DNA from: a virus
Lineage: Duplodnaviria; Caudoviricetes
DNA: 46,376 bases
Virus record (IMG/VR): IMGVR_UViG_3300032227_000651
Span: 1 to 46,376 of that record
Strand: one strand, 5' to 3'
Positions 29,028-35,830 of the stretch are shown here, one piece after another. A model generated the notes under the pieces. The model made no database searches. It was not told the DNA's origin and was given only the letters and a program-made list of their open reading frames with translations. The translations under genes and the position numbers were made by a program. Within the stretch, counting starts at the first letter, position 1; each line of letters begins with the position of its first letter.

Positions 29028-29056
29028 ATTGTACCATAACTTTCCACATAACACAA
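29028..29056 (-). promoter_or_regulatory. Early sigma70-like promoter TTGTGT-N17-TACAAT with extended -10 TG
   Basis: Intergenic. Shares upstream CAAATMCCTTGTG with the promoter at 30579-30606. Confidence 0.6.
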
Positions 29057-29074
29057 GGTATTTGATTCACTTTT

Positions 29075-29692
29075 TTATACGACACAGTTTATGCTAGATA
29101 AGACGCGCTTAACTCCATTGTTCAGATTGATGCGCCGCTCCACCATCATCAGGTTGTGTACGGATACATAATGCGACCCGCCCGTACGAATCTCCGTATC
29201 CTGCGCGTCCTCGCCTAGTCGTATGAACTTGTATGCACACAGGCTCAGGTTGTGCATTGACTTGGTGTAGTCCCATTCGGCATTTACTTCTTTGTAGTGC
29301 ACCTCTGCCCGTTTAATCGCTAGATACAACAAGTCCTCGTGGTCTGGCGGCGCAGTGCCATACACACCGTTGAACCAGCGAACTCCTTTCTGATAGAAGG
29401 ATATGCAGGGATACATAATCGCTTGCCGCCTCCCTTGGTTGTATGCGTCGAGAAGATCGCCGGGAAACAGGTCTTCGCCATGTTGCGTTTCAGCTAACCC
29501 TGACACCATATCTCCCCACGTTACCCTCTTGTTTGGGTGTTTCTTATAAATGCGCGGCTCGGTCACGTCGTCCTCGTGCATGGGTTGGTTGGATAGCGCG
29601 TGTGCCTCTGCTATGAACATGCGGTATTGCGCGGCGTCAGGGAACAGTATTGTGTAAGCAACATCTGATACATAGCTCATCTCATACCTCAC
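29075..29692 (-). CDS. Hypothetical protein
   Basis: 205 aa with SYVSDVAY and YKFIRLGED..D motifs. Confidence 0.65.
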   Translation of the reverse strand: MRYEMSYVSDVAYTILFPDAAQYRMFIAEAHALSNQPMHEDDVTEPRIYKKHPNKRVTWGDMVSGLAETQHGEDLFPGDLLDAYNQGRRQAIMYPCISFYQKGVRWFNGVYGTAPPDHEDLLYLAIKRAEVHYKEVNAEWDYTKSMHNLSLCAYKFIRLGEDAQDTEIRTGGSHYVSVHNLMMVERRINLNNGVKRVLSSINCVV

Positions 29693-29867
29693 CGGCCGGG
29701 GTTGTCACGCGCATCTGTTTGGGATAGCGCGACTTCGCATTGATAACTCCCCACACCTCTGCATCAAACTGCTGCAACTGCTTGCGGGGTACGTCTTGTT
29801 TATGCTTGCCCGAATTGCGCTTTGGATTGCGCAACATATCGAGCACTACTGGATTCCGTGTTTTCAT
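29682..29867 (-). CDS. Small basic hypothetical protein
   Basis: 61 aa from ATG 29867 (MKTRNPVV...SGKH), ATGA overlap. Confidence 0.55.
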   Translation of the reverse strand: MKTRNPVVLDMLRNPKRNSGKHKQDVPRKQLQQFDAEVWGVINAKSRYPKQMRVTTPAGEV

Positions 29868-30133
29868 TTGGTCTTCTCGTGTTGGGCTAACATGAACCGC
29901 GCTAGCACTCTGTGGTGGCTGTAGGCAACCACGCCGTCTGCATCCTGAGCAGTAAGGTATCGGTCGTCCTCCACTATGTCTGTCGGCATCGACCAATAGT
30001 CTGACCCCTCGTCACTCATGCGGGCAAGCACTGTGTCGCCGCATACATACCAGTCTGCCGTTTTGTTGTGCATGAACATCGCACCGATAAAGGTGCAAGC
30101 CGTGCAGTCGTGTTTCCATTGGGGTTTCATCAT
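29864..30133 (-). CDS. Hypothetical protein (HDCxxC motif)
   Basis: 89 aa with PQWKHDCTAC...DWYVC...ARMSDEGSDYWS and a GAGG RBS. Confidence 0.65.
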   Translation of the reverse strand: MMKPQWKHDCTACTFIGAMFMHNKTADWYVCGDTVLARMSDEGSDYWSMPTDIVEDDRYLTAQDADGVVAYSHHRVLARFMLAQHEKTK

Positions 30134-30152
30134 TTCAGCACCTCGTGAATCG

Positions 30153-30497
30153 TTAGATGACGTCGTAGCCGGTCAAGAACTGAAACTTCTCTACCTCGTT
30201 CAGCGGCTCATAAATAGTCAGTCCTGCGTACTCGTCGTCGCAGTCGTTGAACTCGTCGTGGTCGTAGCCTCTGTCCAAGAACTCTAAATTCTGGTTGTAA
30301 TACGCATCGACACGGTACTCCGCACCCTGCATGAAGGACACGACGTCGTCTGATGATTTGCTAGGCCGTGCCGTAATAGTCGTATTGCGCATTGCTTTAC
30401 GCAATGTCCTAGGTAGTAACCGATGTGATGCAGTAGCATCCGTCCCCGTCACGGGATATTGGTTGGTCGCAGAAAAAAGAAAAGATAGTCGCGTCAT
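30153..30497 (-). CDS. Hypothetical protein
   Basis: 114 aa from ATG 30497 with a GGAG RBS and an acidic C-terminal half. Confidence 0.6.
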   Translation of the reverse strand: MTRLSFLFSATNQYPVTGTDATASHRLLPRTLRKAMRNTTITARPSKSSDDVVSFMQGAEYRVDAYYNQNLEFLDRGYDHDEFNDCDDEYAGLTIYEPLNEVEKFQFLTGYDVI

Positions 30498-30517
30498 TGC
30501 ATACTCCAAGTTAAGCG

Positions 30518-30533
30518 TTCACAGAACCGTGAA
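30518..30533. promoter_or_regulatory. Operator-like palindrome TTCAC-N6-GTGAA (copy 2)
   Basis: Same TTAA-N3-TTCAC-N4-CCGTGAACCG context as 28962-28987. Confidence 0.55.
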
Positions 30534-30578
30534 CCGATGAATGAGCGGGGAGCCGAACTGCTTCCTGCCCATACCTGC

Positions 30579-30606
30579 ATTATAACACCAATTAAAGATA
30601 CCACAA
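30579..30606 (-). promoter_or_regulatory. Early sigma70-like promoter TTGTGG-N16-TATAAT
   Basis: Perfect -10 hexamer and similarity to the 29028-29056 promoter. Confidence 0.6.
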
Positions 30607-30648
30607 GGGATTTGGCTGACTATTTTGTAATGGGACGCTTGGGTGTGA

Positions 30649-31160
30649 TTGGAACTGAATTGGAATAAATCGGGCGAAATTGGAATTGGGCTGGAACAAA
30701 CTATTGTTAGTAAAAGGGTTAAAGTTGGAAATAGTTGGCGAAACAAGGCTCCAAAGTATATCTATCTAGATAGATAGATAAAAAAAAATATAAATATATA
30801 TATTTATTCCAATATTCCAGAATTCCAAGGGGTTATGACGGTGATCGGAAAGTTGAGAAGGATGGGGGAAGTTTTGCGCGGCGCGGATTCGCAGCAGCTG
30901 CCACGATGTCACGATGTCAAATCTCCTGGGAACCGGCGAAACCTCTTGGAATTTTGGAATATTGGAATAAATGAAGCTAAGTGCTTGATTTATAAGGGAA
31001 AACCTTGTTCCAGTTTTGAAAACGGAATTGGAACAAATTGGAATTCTGGAACAAAAGGCTGGGAACCTTGTTTAGCGCTTCAGGGGAGGCTGAATCCTTA
31101 TTCCAATTTCTTGGAACTGCGTTGGAACTGCGTTGGAATCTGGAACAGCTTTTTGGAATC
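30649..31160. repeat. TGGAA iteron array around an AT-rich palindromic core, candidate replication origin
   Basis: About 21 TGGAA/TTCCA pentamers in about 510 bp by manual count. Two perfect 18-bp palindromes at 30759-30776 and 30790-30807 are joined by an A-run. Confidence 0.65.
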
Positions 31161-31204
31161 GCCCTTTTCGTTGCCCTGCGCGGCCCGACTCGCTTGCTCG
31201 CGCG

Positions 31205-31226
31205 CGAGAACACAGAACTGGCATCA
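31205..31226. repeat. 22-bp dispersed repeat CGAGAACAMAKAACTGGCATCA (copy 1, partner at 32353-32374)
   Basis: 20 of 22 bases identical between copies. Confidence 0.8.
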
Positions 31227-31253
31227 GCCCCAAGGGGGCGGATTTTTTGGGCG

Positions 31254-31278
31254 AAAAAAAACCCCGCCGAAGCGGGGT
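31254..31278 (-). terminator. Intrinsic terminator
   Basis: Minus strand ACCCCGC-TTCG-GCGGGGT followed by a T-run, just after the ORF 31295 stop. Confidence 0.85.
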
Positions 31279-31294
31279 GTGTGGTATGGGTTTT

Positions 31295-31510
31295 CTAGTC
31301 AACCGATGTTGTGTAGATAAAGTGCGCGAATACATAGGGAATTTTCGCGTTGTCTTTTTTGAATTTTTCTAGCATCGATTCTTTTTCGGAATATTGGCAT
31401 GGGTAAGAAACCAAATTAACTTTTTTATCGATGGTGCGCCGATCTATGCTATTCGGGTCAATTACAGTTATTACCGAATAAATGCGGAGGGTTCCATAAA
31501 AATTGTCCAT
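31295..31510 (-). CDS. Hypothetical early protein
   Basis: 71 aa, AT-rich, flanked by a hairpin and a terminator. Confidence 0.55.
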   Translation of the reverse strand: MDNFYGTLRIYSVITVIDPNSIDRRTIDKKVNLVSYPCQYSEKESMLEKFKKDNAKIPYVFAHFIYTTSVD

Positions 31511-31566
31511 AATATTTTCTTTCAGTAGATATGGGGGGATAATATCCCCCCATATGGTTTCAACAA

Positions 31567-32214
31567 TTATGCGTTGTAGCTATTCCAAAACGCATTTACA
31601 GCGGTGCGGTATTTTGCGGGAATTGCAGTAACATCACCTCGATTATTCGCATTAATAACCCGAATATCGTATGCTTTGAACATGGTTTCCAAAGCAATAT
31701 TAAAGTTATTTGTTGCGCCGCGTTTCTTTTCGGTAGGCGCTACCAGACCACGGGCTGCAGTTTGCAGACCCTTTAGGTTATTGGAAACATACTTAGAGAA
31801 TGCAGTCCGGACGGGCGAAAGAACATCATACAAGGCCTTATCGGTGTTTTTCAATTGACCGAATGCTTGCTGACTGTAACCATATGCAACATTTACATTA
31901 ATGATTTTATCGGTTCCCGCTGGTTGAGCATTTTTCAATTCAATAGAATTCCCCAAATTGATATAGTGCGATTTATCTTCCGACAGGCGGTAATAGGTAT
32001 CCCCTTTCAGTTCTTGATAGCGTAGTTGAAAACCGGACGACAATTCGGTTTTCAATTCTTTCGAAACCTCTTCCGGAAACGAAGGGTTATTGTCCATGAC
32101 ATAGCGCGCTATGACAGACGCCGTTTCACCAGTGCGCGCGAATTTATATGCGGCATCGCGATTAGACACGGGCAAAGTAATTTCAAGGGTAACAGGTTTG
32201 ATTTTCGCAGACAT
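31567..32214 (-). CDS. Hypothetical early protein
   Basis: 215 aa from ATG 32214 (MSAKIKP) with a GGAG RBS. A TATAAT lies at 32276-32281 on the minus strand. Confidence 0.75.
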   Translation of the reverse strand: MSAKIKPVTLEITLPVSNRDAAYKFARTGETASVIARYVMDNNPSFPEEVSKELKTELSSGFQLRYQELKGDTYYRLSEDKSHYINLGNSIELKNAQPAGTDKIINVNVAYGYSQQAFGQLKNTDKALYDVLSPVRTAFSKYVSNNLKGLQTAARGLVAPTEKKRGATNNFNIALETMFKAYDIRVINANNRGDVTAIPAKYRTAVNAFWNSYNA

Positions 32215-32352
32215 ACTAACTCCAATAAAAAAATAAACTAACACAATTTACCGCACCGATTTATGCGGTAACAGTATTATAACGCATCATGGGGTTGTGA
32301 AACGCTATTCGGCCCGCCCGCCCGCGCCCACGCCCGCGCAGCTTGGCCCGCC

Positions 32353-32374
32353 CGAGAACAAATAACTGGCATCA
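32353..32374. repeat. 22-bp dispersed repeat (copy 2)
   Basis: See 31205-31226. Confidence 0.8.
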
Positions 32375-32390
32375 AAGGGGCCGAAGCCCC
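32374..32390 (-). terminator. Terminator-like hairpin GGGGC-TTCG-GCCCC-TTT
   Basis: Directly after the ORF 32396 stop, with only a short T-tail. Confidence 0.55.
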
Positions 32391-32395
32391 CGAGC

Positions 32396-32608
32396 CTAGC
32401 GGTACATGGCGCTAGGCGACTGCCACCGACTGAATTCCAAGCCGTCCCACTTGGCGCAATGGGTTGCTCGCGCTACTTGCAATCGGCCTTCGTGGAACAG
32501 CACAGCGCGCGGGTTGCGATACTGACTGTGCTTGCGGTTTGTAATTACGGCTTCGCGATATGCATCGGCGACCATATATTTCCAAATATTCATTTGTCCT
32601 AGTGTCAT
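32396..32608 (-). CDS. Hypothetical early protein
   Basis: 70 aa, AGGAG RBS. Confidence 0.6.
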   Translation of the reverse strand: MTLGQMNIWKYMVADAYREAVITNRKHSQYRNPRAVLFHEGRLQVARATHCAKWDGLEFSRWQSPSAMYR

Positions 32609-32651
32609 TTGTTTACTCCTGTTATGGGGCGGCTTGCGCCGCCCCGATTGA

Positions 32652-32861
32652 TTACATATAGTTAACGCGGCTTGTATTCTCTTCGGCTTCCTCTTCGCGA
32701 ATGTCCTGACGAATTGATTTGTACAAACAACCCGCGAGGAACCCGCCGATTAGCAGGGCCGCTAGGTGTGCGTACCCGTGGCCATTGGGACCGCCTGCCC
32801 AACCGAATCCGAGAAATACCATTGTGAATACTGTCAACATAATGTAGGCTAATGATTTCAT
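32652..32861 (-). CDS. Small two-TM membrane protein
   Basis: 69 aa from ATG 32861 (MKSLAYIMLTVFTMVFLGFGW...LAALLIGGFLAGCLY), GGAG RBS. Confidence 0.65.
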   Translation of the reverse strand: MKSLAYIMLTVFTMVFLGFGWAGGPNGHGYAHLAALLIGGFLAGCLYKSIRQDIREEEAEENTSRVNYM

Positions 32862-32923
32862 TTGAATACTCCAATTAAAGTTAATAAGAGGTAGGAGGCC
32901 CCGCCTCCTACCATGCCGGTCTA

Positions 32924-33106
32924 CTAGACCGACATCTCCGCCGCCCACTTGCGGTAGGTGGTTTCGAACAGGTCCGCAAACGCGGTTTCGATCCGCCGTT
33001 TGTTGTCGCTGTCCGCCGCATACCAAGCCTCTTGCAGCTTGGTTGCAAAGCTTCCCTCTATGTAAAGGAAGGTGACTGTCTCTTCGATTTGCTCTTTGCT
33101 CAACAT
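32924..33106 (-). CDS. Hypothetical early protein (GSFA..L..AW..AD..N type)
   Basis: 60 aa, AGGAG RBS, first gene of the leftward unit. Confidence 0.7.
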   Translation of the reverse strand: MLSKEQIEETVTFLYIEGSFATKLQEAWYAADSDNKRRIETAFADLFETTYRKWAAEMSV

Positions 33107-33180
33107 TTCAATACTCCTAGTTAAACTATCTTATTTTCTCCCATGGGTGTAGTATACCCTAGAAAACCGCTAGGAGACGG

Positions 33181-33366
33181 CCCCACGCCACCCCCCACCC
33201 CCCGGATTCCATTTGGGGCCCCCCCTCCACCCCACACCCCTTAACGAACGCAAATAACCACCACATTTTCCAAACCTAGACTACATTTATTTTTACTACC
33301 CCCCCACTCCCCCTGTGTTTTTATACAGCTTTTACATTTCCCGGCTTTTGTGAAAACACCCCCCGG
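33181..33366. other. C-rich non-coding tract at the early/late divergence point, candidate genome terminus/packaging region
   Basis: Nine C4-C7 runs on the plus strand, between the leftward early genes and the rightward terminase genes. Confidence 0.45.
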
Positions 33367-33503
33367 TAGGAGTCTCAACCTCCTTTTTGTTTTGTGCTAT
33401 ATTATTTGTGTTGGTGGGTGCGCCGCAGTCTTAGTTGCTGCCTGATTTCAAGGGTCAACCATCCCCCAACAGCCCCTCTTTACGGAGTGCCCATTTCCTC
33501 CCA

Positions 33504-34052
33504 ATGCAAGAACTTGTACCCGAGATAGACTCTCACATCCCATTACCGGCATCTGCCACAGAAGCCATGCCGGTCCTATCTCCACGCGAAGAGTTGGAGA
33601 TGCGCGCGAGGACGATCAAGTTAATCTCCGACTTAACTGGCAAGCCAATTTCCCCAGATGAAGAGCAACGTGGCAAAGCAGTAGAGCTTGCCCAGTCAAT
33701 GATGGGCGACGACAAGCAGGCGTCCACTCTATCTATATACCCGAACGAAACGATTGCCTACCTAGCTGGTATGGTTGCCCAGCACGACGTGATGGTGGTC
33801 AAAGAATTGGCCGACCTGAAGAAATACGTGGTCAACAAGCTAGTCGTCGAGACAGAACACCCCGACGCCAAGATACGACTGACGGCATTACGTGCTTTAG
33901 GGGAAGTAGACGGCGTGGATGCGTTCAAAAAGCGCTCAGAAGTCACCCACAAGCAGCAGTCTATTGAAGAAGTCGAGAGAGAACTGCTTGAAACGCTGGC
34001 AAAACTGGAACGGCGCACAGTTGACGTGGCTGCGATAGAGGTCAGTCTATGA
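33504..34052 (+). CDS. Putative terminase small subunit
   Basis: Helical 182-aa ORF (ATG 33504) overlapping the terL start, containing RLTALRALG. Confidence 0.6.
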   Translation: MQELVPEIDSHIPLPASATEAMPVLSPREELEMRARTIKLISDLTGKPISPDEEQRGKAVELAQSMMGDDKQASTLSIYPNETIAYLAGMVAQHDVMVVKELADLKKYVVNKLVVETEHPDAKIRLTALRALGEVDGVDAFKKRSEVTHKQQSIEEVERELLETLAKLERRTVDVAAIEVSL

Positions 34053-35569
34053 ATGTCACTATAGAACAGATAGACGCACTAAAAAATCTGTTGCCTACGG
34101 CGTCAGCCGACGAAAAAAGACGCATTCTTGAGCTTATCAAGGTCTGGGACGCCCAATCTGTACAGTTTTTGGGCAAAGATAGCCTACTTGAGTTTGCTGA
34201 CCACGTCTATCCGGGTTACAAAGTGGGCCCACACCACCGCAGACTGGCCAGAATTTTTGAGGAAATCGCTGCCGGACGTAAAAAACGCGTGATTGTGAAC
34301 ATTGCGCCTCGTCACGGCAAGTCAGAACTCATTTCCTACCTTGCACCAGCATGGTTTTTGGGCAAATTTCCCCACAAAAAGATCATTATGGCCTCCCACA
34401 CAGCCGATTTGGCTGTGAATTTTGGTCGTAGGGTACGCAACTTGGTGGGTTCGGAGTCGTATCGGGACATTTTTCCGGCAATTGAACTGCAATCAGACTC
34501 GAAATCAGCATCACGGTGGGGGACAAACTTCAATGGCGAGTACTTTGCTATCGGTGTCGGTGGCGCTCTTGCTGGGCGCGGTGCTGATCTATTCATTATT
34601 GACGATCCTCATTCTGAGCAAGAAGCTAAAACTGGAAGACCCGATGTCTTTATTCCTGCTTGGGAATGGTTTCAGTCTGGCCCTCTCCAGCGCCTTATGC
34701 CGGGAGGCGCGATTATTATTGTTATGACCCGTTGGTCAAAGCTAGATTTGACTGGGCAGATCATCAGCCAAATGGCCCGCGAAGAGGGAGTAGACCCTTG
34801 GGAAGTAGTTGAATTCCCTGCGATTCTGAATGAAAAGCCGCTTTGGGGCGATTTCTGGTCTATCGAAGAGCTACTGTCTAAAAAGGCAGGTATGGACGTG
34901 CGGTACTGGGAAGCCCAGTACATGCAGAACCCGGTGTCTGAAGAAGGCGCGCTTATTAAGCGGGAGTGGTGGCAGATATGGGATCAGGACAAAGACCCAC
35001 CCCACTGCGAGTTCATCATCATGAGTCTGGATGCTGCGCAAGAAGCCAACACCCGGGCCGACTACAACGCCTTGACTACGTGGGGCGTGTTCATGAATGA
35101 GGAATCAAAGAACTACAACATAATCCTGCTCAATGCCATAAAGAAGCGTCTGGAGTTCCCGGAGTTGAAGAAGATGGTCCTTGAAGAGTACAAGGAGTGG
35201 GAGCCCGATGCGTTTGTGGTGGAAAAGAAATCCAACGGGTCGGCGCTGTACCAAGAATTTCGACGTATGGGTGTGCCGGTCAGTGAATTTACCCCCGGCA
35301 AAGGACAGGATAAGATATCCCGTGTCAATGCTATTTCTGATTTGTTTTCAGCGGGAATAGTATGGGCCCCTGACCGCAGGTGGGCCAGAGAGGTCATTGA
35401 AGAATGTAATGACTTTCCTAGTGGTGTGAATGACGACTTGGTTGACTCCACATCACAGGCTCTGGCGCGCTTTAGGCAGGGGGGATTCATCAAGCTTCCA
35501 AGTGATGAACCGGAAGACATAAAGTGGTTCAAAGGATATCGTGGGCGTGAACGGTTCTACACAGTATGA
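34049..35569 (+). CDS. terL: Terminase large subunit
   Basis: Walker A NIAPRHGKS, Walker B FIIDDP, coupling motif MTRW, YMQNP, and nuclease acidic residues SLDAA, VVEKK and NDDLVD. Confidence 0.95.
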   Translation: MNVTIEQIDALKNLLPTASADEKRRILELIKVWDAQSVQFLGKDSLLEFADHVYPGYKVGPHHRRLARIFEEIAAGRKKRVIVNIAPRHGKSELISYLAPAWFLGKFPHKKIIMASHTADLAVNFGRRVRNLVGSESYRDIFPAIELQSDSKSASRWGTNFNGEYFAIGVGGALAGRGADLFIIDDPHSEQEAKTGRPDVFIPAWEWFQSGPLQRLMPGGAIIIVMTRWSKLDLTGQIISQMAREEGVDPWEVVEFPAILNEKPLWGDFWSIEELLSKKAGMDVRYWEAQYMQNPVSEEGALIKREWWQIWDQDKDPPHCEFIIMSLDAAQEANTRADYNALTTWGVFMNEESKNYNIILLNAIKKRLEFPELKKMVLEEYKEWEPDAFVVEKKSNGSALYQEFRRMGVPVSEFTPGKGQDKISRVNAISDLFSAGIVWAPDRRWAREVIEECNDFPSGVNDDLVDSTSQALARFRQGGFIKLPSDEPEDIKWFKGYRGRERFYTV

Positions 35570-35829
35570 CTACACAGAAGTTTATGGGCAGAGGGCAGTT
35601 GATAGACCGGCTTGCAGCGCAAGTGGGTAACCGTGATGCTGCCGTAAAAATACTTCAGGAACGTGGGCACTTGAAGGCAGACGGCAAGACTTTTACTACT
35701 GAAGGCGCGCGGCGCAACCAGATGACAGCGGAAGAGCGGGCGTTAGATCGGGTGTCTAAGAAGACAGGCCGCAAACCGCAGGACTTTAGATATAACCGCT
35801 CGACAAACCGGGCAACTTTGAAGGATTGA
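35566..35829 (+). CDS. Hypothetical basic protein between terL and portal
   Basis: 87 aa, translationally coupled. Confidence 0.65.
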   Translation: MTTQKFMGRGQLIDRLAAQVGNRDAAVKILQERGHLKADGKTFTTEGARRNQMTAEERALDRVSKKTGRKPQDFRYNRSTNRATLKD

Positions 35830-35830
35830 T

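Noticed and set aside
30975-31006. GCTAAGTGCTTGATTT and AAGGGAAAACCTT as attP or host-factor sites
   Set aside because: Single copies, no integrase in the window, and no specific assignment can be supported from sequence alone.
30519-31372. Several ORFs across the TGGAA region (e.g. 30835-31320, WN-rich)
   Set aside because: Their composition simply reflects the DNA repeat. They lack an RBS and overlap a promoter or terminator, so the region is treated as non-coding.
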